A DNA stretch of 35,906 bases, taken from NCBI GenBank assembly GCA_037834085.1, contig JBBMKC010197275.1:1-35906 (forward strand), given 5' to 3'. A program made the translations under genes and the position numbers. Positions 24,801 through 35,906 of this stretch are shown in pieces. The notes under the pieces were generated by a model. It ran no database searches and was not told where the DNA came from. It saw nothing but the letters and a program-made list of their open reading frames with translations. The stretch's first letter is position 1; each line of letters begins with the position of its first letter. The stretch comes from Bipalium vagum. Its lineage: Eukaryota.

Positions 24801-26581
24801 ACAATAATGACTGGATTAGTTTTTTCTAAAATTCAAGGCATTGTTATTTTAATCATATAAATGTTTATTTTACTACCAATACCACACATTTCAAGTGAAA
24901 AATATTATATCCTTTTTAACGTTGCAATAGATGAACCTAAAGTTTGAAACTTAATTTTCTGATAACACAATTGTGTGATATAATAACAGTTAAATTAACA
25001 ACTTAGAGAAAAATTAAGTTACGTATCAATTTCTTATTTTTTTATTATTTGTTAATTTATTATTATGATTTTATTATTATTATTATTTATATTATTGTTA
25101 TTATTATTATTAAAAAAATAATCCAAAGTTATAAGAATTATCAATGGACAAATAATTTGCACTATATTTACATAGAAAATACAATACCATTTATTCAATA
25201 ATGTTCATGTGAATAAACATCTGTGAATTAGTCTATGTCAAATCAATACATTAACTTTTGATTTTGTAAAAGCATCGGTAACTGTGATTTTTTATATTTT
25301 AAAAAAATTTATTTATATTTTTTTATAAATAATCCATTAAATATAATTTCCAATGATCATTTACATCAAAAAATCAAGTCAGTAATCTTATTTTGCTTTA
25401 TCAATTCCTCCTCGACCAGACATAAACAGACTTTCGTTATCAATTCGATCACTAGAATAAAACTACTAGATTTTGGTCATCTTATCATATTCTTTAAACT
25501 CTTTAGACTAAGGTTTTAGAAAAGTGTCCTTTGTGGTGGTGACACGCACTTTTGCTCAGTAATGTTGAGACGTCTGAACTCAGTTTATACATCTGTTTAT
25601 CAACAAATAAACACAGCTCATATAAAATACCAAAACTAATCAAGATATTAACAAAACTGTAACATAAATATCTGAATAGCAATGAAATGAAATGATTGTT
25701 CTTAAGGAATACGATTAATGAAACTTTAAAATAATCTCAAATGAATTTTGTCCAAAAAAATATTCACCAGCAGATTAAAATAATGGCAAGACTATAAATT
25801 AAGCACGGTTTACAGACCGAACATTCCTAATCTATTTATTATTCTTTTTAATAAAAATAATCTTTTATATAATAATATTAAATATTATACTAAATCAAGA
25901 GAAATACTGAAATAAAAAAACGGTGTGGAATTATATATATACAGATTCTGTTTATTATGTAAAATCAATAATCGCCCTACCGACATTTTTTAATATTTAA
26001 TTAGAAAATATTTCAATGAAATAGACAATAAATTAAATTTCGTCATAAAATTAAGAAAGATTTCCCGAATTGCGAAAGTAATTAAAATTTAAGAAAAATT
26101 CATTTATTTCTAATGATAAAATTTCAACCTTTTAAATTTGAAACTTCGCAAATAAATATTTGTTTTAATTTTCATAAAAATTAATAAAGTTAAAAATTTT
26201 TACCAAATAAAATCGAAATAAAACAAATTCAATTCACTGAAATTAATTGACAGTAAATGTACTTTTAAGAACCCAGAGTTTATTCATTTCTGATCTTAGG
26301 TGCACTTCATTTTAATTTATGTATTTCTTTCAAGAAAATATTTTCACATTTATAGATTTTTTTTCACGTTTCAATTGATTTTAAAATGGACTTACTATAA
26401 CTTCCTTCGGCCGTAAAATATTCAGTTTTCCAAATCTCACGTGAAACGGAGTGCATTTGTAAGTTCCATCTGGTTGTTCTACAATGATCACATCTGTTGC
26501 TCCAGTAGAATTTGCACTGTTTATCCCCATTTCTCCATAATAGCTTCCTATTACGTTTATAAATTTCGTTACATATTGCAT
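12862..26581 (-). CDS. LPIN: Lipin (Mg2+-dependent phosphatidate phosphatase), about 625 aa
   Basis: Exons 26396-26581, 23296-23379, 21686-21788, 18559-18601, 18422-18508, 16319-16565, 15897-16274, 15699-15847, 13268-13507, 12862-13222 (1878 nt, phases consistent). N-LIP: [28 protein letters not shown]-Lip: LSLCEG..NPNLVI..KFMNW. C-LIP/LNS2: catalytic [22 protein letters not shown]. The three short middle exons are less certain. Confidence 0.93.
14045..15091 (+). mobile_element. Solo LTR copy 1 (probably Gypsy-type) in a lipin intron, antisense to lipin
   Basis: Highly similar to 29860-31011 outside two variable segments. Ends AGTTGGG...TTGAACA, 4-bp target-site duplication AAAT (14041-14044 and 15092-15095), TATATAAG at 14393 then TCAGT. 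No coding sequence. Confidence 0.8.
14445..14610 (+). repeat. Higher-order tandem repeat, 3 x 56 bp (20+20+16), inside LTR copy 1
   Basis: Monomers of type AATCAGATTTG(C/A)GACGACAG twice plus ATTCAGACTTACAAAG, repeated three times. The third unit is degenerate. Confidence 0.9.
16648..16930 (-). mobile_element. Mariner 3' remnant in a lipin intron
   Basis: Minus strand [29 protein letters not shown] (cf. GIxKLPERWEKCVxxxGxYFE). TIR-like TTAGGTGTATCGGTAAATAA at about 16649. Confidence 0.65.
17530..17837 (+). mobile_element. Mariner transposase C-terminal remnant
   Basis: [35 protein letters not shown] resembles PPYSPDLAPCDFFLFxxLKxxLxGxxFxSxEEIK. Confidence 0.65.
19700..20013 (-). mobile_element. 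Mariner transposase remnant (second HTH and linker)
   Basis: [55 protein letters not shown] resembles SGRP...TxRxIAExLxIS...GYxxKxxVWVP. Confidence 0.65.
20093..20870 (-). mobile_element. Merlin (IS1595/ISXO2-like) DNA transposon remnant
   Basis: [26 protein letters not shown] resembles the zinc-ribbon and SIRxGSFFE block, and [20 protein letters not shown] resembles ISDEWRAY..HxTVNH. Internally deleted. GGTCAAAAAAGAGACTTGA occurs at 20093 and 20825. Confidence 0.75.
22262..22805. mobile_element. Non-autonomous pogo/Tigger-type element (MITE-like)
   Basis: Inverted termini TA|CAGTGGAGTTCGG and CCGAACTACACTG. AT-rich non-coding interior. The right flank is TT rather than TA. Confidence 0.7.
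23690..23790 (+). repeat. Short imperfect tandem repeat (AAGGTAATTGATTTATT-like, 3-4 copies)
   Basis: The core A(A/G)GTAATTGAT recurs three times at about 23-30 nt spacing, with one weaker upstream copy. Confidence 0.6.
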
Positions 26582-27982
26582 TATTTCAGATTGACGATCA
26601 ATATTCTGTTACTCTGCAAAATTATGATTGGCAGCTATTTTTAATTCCTTTGTAGATTTCTCTGAACCAATGAAAACCTTACATTACTTGATTTCTAATA
26701 TTTTAACATTTTTTGGTCATATTTCATATTGTATTATTTGAAATAATTTTACCTTTATTTGAAAAATATTCATTCTGATATCAAACTCAAGTATTTTTAT
26801 CCTTTGTTCAATAATCATTTTATTAAAAGTAAACTAAAAAAAACCTTTTTTCATTTGCTAATAAACGTAACAAATTTCGAAGATACCGCAATCCCAATTC
26901 TCCAGTCAAATAAATACTACTTGAAAAGGATAAGCTTTAGATTTCTTCAAGTAATTAAGCTCTGGTTGTATTTTAACGACAATCTCCTATGGATTTGAAT
27001 GTGAAGTTTATATTGAAAACGTGTTAAACGCAAGCATAAGAACCACAAAAGATCAGTACAGTACCTGCCAAAATAATTGCAACTAATTTAAATTTTCGAG
27101 TCAAGTTACAAGTCATACCAATTGAAAAATATCTTGAAATATACAAACTTAGTATACATAAAAATGGAATCTCATGATTAAGTTTATTGAGTGTGGCTGA
27201 ATATTTAACTATTGTTCCTAATCCTGTCCCAAAAAACTATTTAGTTACGTCAATAAAAATATTTTAAAAGTTGAATTAACTTCATTGTTTCCAGATGTTT
27301 AGCTGTTGAAAATTTTCTTTGTTTAAAAAACTTTGAAATCACTGAAGAAAAGTTGAATGTACTCTTAAATTATACTTTGAATCTTTTGAAATCTAGTACA
27401 ATCCAATCATTCTCAGTATATTTAAGAATCAATTGATTTTTCATTTGTTAGTAGAATTGACAAATAAGCTTGCAGAATACCACCTTTTATGAGAATCTCT
27501 TCATTTACTTCGAAGTGATGGGATGGTCTGTACTTCTAATTAAGACAAAATAAGTATATTAGTTATCAGATATCCGATTCAGTATATTTCAAGCCACATT
27601 TTAGCACTACGAACTTTAAATCGTGGTTACTTTTCCCTTGGTTACTGACAAATTTAGACTTTACAAAACACTGAAACAATTATCTCAGTAAAACTTAAAC
27701 ATTAGGGACTTTAAATAGAATCTTTTTGAATAAAGTTAGTTCCATTAAAATAGGCACAAGCATTCTCATAGATAATAAATAATAGATCTTACTATAAATA
27801 TCTTATTTTGTAATTTAAACTTCAATAATAACAAAGTCAAAACCGAACTACAAGATATCATTTCCTATGTAAAAATTATTAAACAAAAAGCAGTTTAACA
27901 AAATAAAACACGCTGCATATCAGAATTTTTTTTCTAAACAGAAAAAAATCACAATTCAAAGTTGCTCGGGCTGAAATTTTCC

Positions 27983-29086
<1,104 letters not shown>

Positions 29087-29859
29087 TTAAAATAATAACC
29101 ATTTTAATAAATAATATTTAAACAATTTTTTATATTTTTTAGTAATCAATCTAAGATAAAATTCTTTATTATAAATAGTATAATAAATGAATAATGTATT
29201 TTCGTTAAAGATAAATATTTATTTAATTTCAATATTTTAAAAATAAATTTTGGTGAGAATGTGAAAAAATTCTTAGTAGTTTTAATTGAATTAAAGAAGA
29301 AATAAAATTTTTAAAAATGGAAAACACGAAATATGAATAATTAGTTAAATAATAAATAAGAAGGTTTATGGTGCAACTCTAGCTTAACCTTATATACTAT
29401 TTTGCAGTTGATTTTAGTGTCTCTGATTATTTTCTAAAAATTTCGAAAAAAAATAATTTAAGGATGACATGTTTTTGTTTAAAAATCAGTAGTTGCTCCA
29501 AAAATAATATTTTTAAAAATTTATTTAATTAATTTGAATTAATAATTAAAATACATAATTTTAAATTAGCTAGCACGTTATTTAAATTTTCTTTTTCGCC
29601 AAAAATTTTATTTATAGAAGGTTAAAAGATAGGGTTGAAACCTCAACATAATTATTAGAGAAATTTAGAAATGTCTTTTTGAGTAAAGCCAAAGTGTTCT
29701 GTATTAGCATATAGTGTAGAATATATTGTTTTTAAGGCAACTTGAAAATTGTTCAATAAAATTTGTTAGTGGAACTTTACGAGTCATCAGGACTGCGTTA
29801 TTTATTTGAGAGTTATTTTAATTTTTTAAAAATAAGATATTTTACTTCTTTTAACATAT

Positions 29860-29935
29860 TGTTGGGTGTACCCAAGACACCCCTCGGGGAAAAATAAGTA
29901 CTAAACCATAAATTAGGTATGAATACTACTACTAC

Positions 29936-29975
<40 letters not shown>

Positions 29976-31011
29976 ATTATTATTATTATTATTAATTAAA
30001 ATTTATTAACACTTGAAAAGTGATTTAAAAATTCCCAGGAATTTTATTTTGAAAATACTTTTAAAAAATAAAATAACCTTCCAAAAATAATTTATATTTT
30101 AAAGAAGCCTGAAAGAGGTATTTTAATAAATATTAGGGATCATAATAAAATAATTTTTAGGGAATTCTTAGGGAGTTTTAGAATTTTAAGTACAATTCCG
30201 AGAATATCTCGAGAATATTTCCCAGATGAAGATCAGTCCCAAATATTATATAAGCAATGGGATTTCAGTAGATTTTCACCCCTCAGAAATCGTGCTAAGC
30301 AGAAAAAGGTTTACAGAGAATTTATAAGAGAAGAAGAATTGATAATATTTCACGAAGAAGATTTTCACGAAGAAGATTTTCACGAAGAAGAATTGATACT
30401 TCACGGAGCTATTGGAAAAGGATCGGTACCGGATTGAAAGATTTTTGTACAAAAGGAGATCAGTCCAGAATTACAAAGGCAGAACCAGTACCCAAATGTT
30501 ATTTTCTTCAAACCAAGTCTTATTATGAATTCAATATTGGGACTATGCTTGAAATTCCCCACCAAAGGGTTATCGGTGAGCAACCGTTAGGGCTCAGACG
30601 ATAACTCGGGAGTTTTAGCGCAAAATAAACTGTAAGGTTTTTGTTTTTGTTTTATTTTATTTCTTTTATTCTTAATATTATTTAGTAAGTAATATTTTAT
30701 TCTAATTTGTTCTGATTAACATTTGATTGATTAAGCAGTACTTTGACTATAACTGACCATTATCGTATTTGATTTGATTTACTTTTTACCATTATATTTG
30801 TGTCGTGATCTGAGTCGACAGTGTAAGGGTTGAGGAACATTTCAGACATTTATTGTGATCCCAGATTTTTGAATTATTTCTTTGAATTTTCAGTGTATTG
30901 CATTTTATTTTGGTGTGTAATAAATACAAGTGTTGCTTTACTTATTGTTTTGGTTTGCACCACCTAAGATTTTGGAGTCAGGCTTAAATTTGATACCCTA
31001 AATATTGAACA
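29860..31011 (+). mobile_element. Solo LTR copy 2 (same family as 14045-15091)
   Basis: Canonical TGTT...AACA termini, 4-bp target-site duplication ATAT (29856-29859 and 31012-31015), TATATAAG plus TCAGT, AATAAA near the 3' end. Lies about 770 bp upstream of the DIMT1 ATG, pointing away from it. Confidence 0.88.
30330..30405 (+). repeat. 15-bp tandem repeat (TTTCACGAAGAAGAT x3) inside LTR copy 2
   Basis: Units start at 30348, 30363 and 30378. GAAGAAGAATTGATA occurs at 30330 and 30384. Confidence 0.9.
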
Positions 31012-31015
31012 ATAT

Positions 31016-31920
31016 TTTCAAAATTGTTATCAAGGTAAAGTTGATATAAAATATATAAGGATAATTGTCTACAATAACCTAGGTCTGTTTAAGATTGAAA
31101 ATCTATTATATTCTTTAACAAACTATTTTAACTTATTAAGTGAAGGCAAACCCTAAAAGTCAAAATAAAAGATTTTTATAATATCCAACCCAATTAACTT
31201 CTTTTGATTTGTATTTTGATAATTAATAATGAGATGTTTTTCAGATTTTATGTTTCACTTTGAGTTCATCTTTCATTTAAACTTTTAAGGTATTTCTAAA
31301 TCTTCAGCAATATCTATTAAATCAAAATTTGTAGTTGTATTAATTCCATATTTACAGGAAAATATTTTTACTCTTGCATGTAAGGATCTAAGTAAAGACC
31401 TTCACCTTCTTCTTAGAAGCTTCGAGTGGATCAAAATATAAACCATTTCCTTGTTTGATTATTTTAATTTATACAATGTCTTGTAATAAGTCTTTTAATT
31501 CATTTTTTAAGATTTATCTAAATTATCATATTCTAAACTATTTAAAAATGAGTCTCTTAATCCTTTTCCAAATTATTAGTCAAAATAAAGTACTGTTCCA
31601 GTTATTACCTCTTTTGGTACACCTTTGATGTTAAGAGTTTCGCTTGATTTCAGTTTTTCAATTTTCATCTCTAATTTCTTTTTCTCTAAATCTGTTTTTT
31701 TGTGTTTCTTTTGCTTTTTAAACAGCTGTTGCAACTCCTTCAGCAACTCTATTAGCTGCATCTAAGCCTGCAAAGATTACTAAAAGAATTGGAATTAATG
31801 GAAGAACTCCAGCTTCTCTTTTTTCTCCTTTATTAATTTCTAATTTAATTCCACCTAAGGTGTTACGAGCTTCGCGAATTCGGCTTTGCCTCATGAGAGC
31901 TTTTGCTCGATTTTCATTAA
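31016..31920 (-). mobile_element. Polinton/Maverick (adintovirus-like) remnant: GxLPLIP/GLYL protein followed by an adenain-like cysteine protease, pseudogenised
   Basis: Minus strand KREAGVLPLIPILLVIFAGLDAANRVAEGVATAV*KAK, later NGLYFDP and GEGLYLDPY. Downstream TTNFDLIDIAEDLEIP, MKDELK, IINYQNTNQKEVNWVGYYK, YFDF*GLP, YCRQLSLYIL resemble the Polinton protease pattern TNxDL, MRDEL, IINLD..GTHWV, YFDSFG, CGxLCL. Based on recalled motifs. Confidence 0.65.
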
Positions 31921-32171
31921 TAATTTTTTACTTAAATAATATTGTTTATCATTAAAAGTTATGTATTTTGATTTTCTCACATCAATATTATTTTAAAATT
32001 TTGTTTTAGTTAATTTTTTCATTTTTTTAATAAGAAAATTGAGAAAAATATTAATTTTGTTTTTATTTATTTATTTATTTAATACATTTTATTGAATATG
32101 ATAGAGAATTTAATTACCTTTCAATATATAGTACGTCAAAATAGATTCAAAATTTCAAAAGTTAAAAATCT

Positions 32172-32252
32172 TTCACGTCCATGCTTTGAACCCCTGACTT
32201 CAAGATATTAAAATACAGTTTAAGAAAATATAATTTAGACCATTCAGACTTA
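32172..32252 (-). pseudogene. Degenerate tRNA-like (Pol III A/B box) sequence
   Basis: Minus strand AGTCTGAATGGTCTAA (A-box-like) and GGGGTTCAAAGC (B-box-like). No intact cloverleaf. Confidence 0.35.
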
Positions 32253-32336
32253 TTATTATAATAATTATTTTCATTCTTAAAACATTAAGTTTGCATTATA
32301 TTACTTAATATGGTTGGAAAATTAATGATTTCATAA

Positions 32337-32410
32337 GACTGGCTGGCCGAGCGGGTACAGACTTAGATAATAATTGCTTGTCTTGTGGTTCAAATCTTTT
32401 GTAAATCTTT
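32337..32410 (+). pseudogene. Degenerate tRNA-like or SINE-head sequence
   Basis: A box TGGCCGAGCGG (32344-32354), B box GGTTCAAATC (32387-32396), then T runs. Acceptor and anticodon stems are not intact. Confidence 0.5.
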
Positions 32411-32695
32411 TTGTGGTTTTAAATAATTATGGAATAATATTACTTTAAAAATAAAAAGCATTCAGCAGAGACTTTAAATTTAAAATGTATTGTATAAAAA
32501 AAATGAAGATGTTATTTAGGTGCTAATTGAATGATGATAAAGGTAATATTTTTAAAATTGAGAATCATCTTGTTTTCTATAAGTTTGAAAAAAATACCAA
32601 TGAGATGAAAGGATTCAAAGGGTAAAGTTGTTATAGTGATATTTTACGTAAAATAAATCTTATAATAAATATAGAAAATTTTTATGCTCTAATTA

Positions 32696-33192
32696 CAGTG
32701 AAACCTGCATAAATGAACACCTTTGTTAGCTGAACACCTCTTTTATTCGAACATTTAATTCCGTACACTGTAAATATAAGTTATTGTCACATGTGTTAAT
32801 TGAAAAAATGTATACTTTAAAATTTGAACACTTTTTAAAAATTTTTTGAATTAAAATTACCTGTTAAATTCAAAAAAAAATTTGAAATTTTGTTTAAATA
32901 ATAAAAAATGACATCATAAATTTAAATTGAAATTATATTTACTATGCACTTAAGTATTTTAGAGAAAATAAAATGTCACCATTATTTGAAGAACGGTTTG
33001 TTCGTACGAGCTGTTGCTAAGAAATATAGAATCTCAATGGGCACTGCATCTAGTTTGAAAAATGTAGGGGACGAATTAACAAATAAAATTAAAAGAAATG
33101 AGTCATTAAATAAAATAAGGTTATGTAGACTAACTGGAAATGCTACTATATTGGACGAAAGGATATATAACTGGTTTTCAGTAGCCAGGTCT
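32696..33192 (+). mobile_element. 5' fragment of a pogo/Tigger element (psq and CENP-B HTH)
   Basis: TIR-like TA|CAGTGAAACCTG with repeated TGAACACCT. ORF from 32944 reads LSILEKIK..VRAVAKKYRISMGTASSL..LDERIYNWFSVARS, then runs into AT-rich non-homologous sequence. Confidence 0.8.
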
Positions 33193-33355
33193 CACTTTAT
33201 GTTACTAGTTTTAGAATTCACCTTAAAATTTTCTACTATAAATTTCTTTATAGTAACATTTATTAAAATTTTTATTGAAAAAAATATTTATAGTAACCTT
33301 ATGTTAATAAACAATTTCTTAATCAATTATAATAATAATTTTTATATTTTATATA

Positions 33356-34867
33356 TACTGGTCGACATAATTATTTATACTTATTGTTTATTTAAGTGAA
33401 TTTATCTCAATTAAGGAATTTGCTGTTGGTTCAATTTTTAAAATATGTCTGTTGTTATCTTCTATGTACTGAGATATATTTCTGAATTGGAAATATATTA
33501 TTTTGTAATTTTGATTATCAATAATGAAATAAGGGACCTAATTTTTTATACCCCTACAGTATCTTATGAGAAGAAAATAAATACGAGCTTAATTAATTAT
33601 ATTTAATTTTTTAATCAACACATTTACCAAACTACTTCTAAAAGTTTTATACAGATTAATAATTACATGTCGTTTTGTGTTATTTATCATATCTGCAGCC
33701 TGATTAATTTTCTGTCGCATTTCAAGTAGGTTTTTCGGCTGCTTCTCAGCATAAACAAAGTCACTGAGCATCTTCCAGACTTTTTCTACTATGTTAATGT
33801 CTGGTGACCTCGAAGGCCAGTCGATGATATTGATATCGTTGGTCTGATAACATTCTTGGGCGATTCTTTTAGTGTGTATCCGGAAACTATTTTGCACCAA
33901 GTTTTCTGGATTCCTCATATTCAAACGAATTGATGGCACAATTAAGGTATTAAATGCTGCTTTGTATTCCTCACCTTTCTGAATGTCTACTAACTCAAGA
34001 AGTAGAATAGGGCCATTAGGACAAGTGATACAAAAGTACATAAATCCACTACCTCTTTTTTGTCTTCGCTGACGGCTTATAACTTTTTTCCCAGCACTGT
34101 ATGTAAACCCAATTTTCATTTTCGTGCATTAAAATAATATTTTACCAATTATCGGACCATATAAGAAGAACCGCTTTTCGTCAACAAAAGCAGTATTTTC
34201 CCACACAATATTTGTGGATATCCATGAAGATACTTTAAAAATTCTGTCAGCTTTATGTTTAGTGGATAATATGATACGTTGTGCTTCCTTTTGGTAATGG
34301 AAATCATGTCGCTGCAACCATCTGGAAACGATTTTTGCGGAGACTGTTAAATTATTATTTCTAAGAATGGTGTTGGCATTTACCTTAATACCATTTTTGT
34401 TTTCTTTTGATATATGCGACCTTAAGATTGTTGTATTTCTTTTACTTATTTTGAATTTGGGACCTTGTTTCTTTTTGTGCCAAACTTTTGGATAATTAAT
34501 TAAATTTTGAATGGCAGACTTCGTTAATCCTAAAATCTTTCTAATTTCTGTATATGTCTTGCCATTTTTTCTTAATTCAATTGTCGTTCTCTTAATTTCT
34601 TTAGAATACATCTATTTAAAGTTATAATTTTTGAATTTAATTATCAAAACTACTTACGGTATAAATAATTATGTCCTTTAAATTGTTAGCATAAATTATA
34701 AATATTGCAAATTATATAAGCAAAAGAATTATAATTAACTTATTTGAATATCCTTAACAAATAAATACATCAAGTTATCATATTTCAAGTTTCATATTCA
34801 TTTTTATAAAAGTAAACAGTTAATTAACATTTTTTAATCGTGGTATAAATAATTATGTCAACCAGTA
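33356..34867 (-). mobile_element. Near full-length Tc1/Tc3-like transposon with IR/DR ends, inactive
   Basis: 25-bp TIR TACTGGT(C/T)GACATAATTATTTATAC with TA on both sides, and inner repeats at about 33534-33552 and 34658-34676. The transposase is split into 34129-34611 (HTH, FVDEKRF) and 33589-34119 (WPSRSPDINIVEKVW). The second catalytic motif reads QNSFRIH instead of QDNAxxH. Confidence 0.93.
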
Positions 34868-35843
34868 TAATTTTATATTTTATATTCTATTTTGTATTTT
34901 ATATTCATTAAACAGATGAGAAGGAAAATTGTTAAAATCAAACTCCGGGTTTTAACTCTTACATAAAACAAATAAATAAAATTACACAGAATTATATTTT
35001 GTTTTTGTACATAAAATGAAACAATAAATGATCACTAAAAATGTTTAAAATCAATGTTAAAATGTTATTATTTTGAAGGCTTTCATTGCTTTGGTTGGAT
35101 TGAAGTTTTTGAAGGGTTCGGTTGATTTGGTTGGCCTGAAGGCGAGAGTCTCCACACTATTATATTAACATAAAAATAATTAATCAAAATTATATAATAT
35201 AATATTATCGTTATGATAAAAATTAAAAATAAGATAAAATCTAATTTTTCTAAAATAGAATCTAATTATAATTCAAGATGTGGTAAGACAGTATTGTAAT
35301 GCTATTATTTTATTATGAACGCTGTCGTACTACCTAGCTCGTAATGTTTACTGACCTATTTACTTTTGTCAAAACGTGTACGCAAATGAATTAATTAAAA
35401 CAACTACGAACAACACTTTATTAACAAAGTAACAAACAAAATGTCTCAAATGATCAAATTGAATTGTCAATAAAATATTTTTTCAATCACACAATCAAAT
35501 ATTTCAATAATTGATCACACCAAAAGTCAAATGTCTTGATAAACAATAATCCTTTAAACAATTAAATTAAAATGTTGATATCAATTAAATTATATAAAAA
35601 AAGAAAGACAAAATAACGATAACCTCATCAATTGGGTCGACAACAAGTTCAAAGGGTGGTTTACTGAACCAAATTCCGTTCGCTCAGAAACCCCTTAACA
35701 GTACAGGACTCGTCGTAAGCTCCAGTCCCTGATCTAATCTTGACAATTTAGCTTCATCATTGTCCAGATTAGATAGTTTTTAGAAAATATTAAATTGCTT
35801 GTTCCTTCTTTTAAAATTAAGTTCGCACTTTTTAATTAATTAT

Positions 35844-35848
<5 letters not shown>

Positions 35849-35906
<58 letters not shown>
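35849..35906. repeat. (TTA)n microsatellite running to the window end
   Basis: Perfect TTA run to the last base, possibly a contig break. Confidence 0.95.

Noticed and set aside
26870-27000. DCGIF motif on the minus strand suggesting a Ulp1-type protease
   Set aside because: A single short motif with an in-frame stop just upstream and no other catalytic motifs.
29784-29790. CTGATGA hammerhead core on the minus strand
   Set aside because: No stem II followed by GAAA downstream.
35849-35906. Telomeric repeat
   Set aside because: It is a (TTA)n microsatellite that also occurs internally, not a G-rich telomere unit.

Overview
Very AT-rich eukaryotic (animal) genomic DNA with spliceosomal genes. 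Introns are either tiny (41-65 nt) or 1.4-3.1 kb and often transposon-filled. This composition, intron size and repeat content resemble a planarian-type flatworm genome, but that is inference only. Three protein-coding genes can be assembled by hand with GT-AG junctions and consistent phases: the 3' part of a CLIP-170/CLIP1-like gene (+, 1282-8692), a lipin phosphatidate phosphatase (-, 12862-26581, about 625 aa) and the 18S rRNA dimethyltransferase DIMT1 (-, 27983-29086, 321 aa). The rest is mostly decayed mobile DNA: several mariner fragments, Tc1-type elements (one near-complete with IR/DR ends), pogo/Tigger pieces, a Merlin (ISXO2-like) remnant, a Polinton/Maverick (adintovirus-like) remnant and two solo LTRs of one family. 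The most unusual signal is the LTR pair. The copies share the promoter region, a long hairpin and the 3' end, but carry unrelated purine-rich tandem-repeat cassettes just after the putative transcription start. All calls come from reading the sequence and recalled family motifs; no searches were run.
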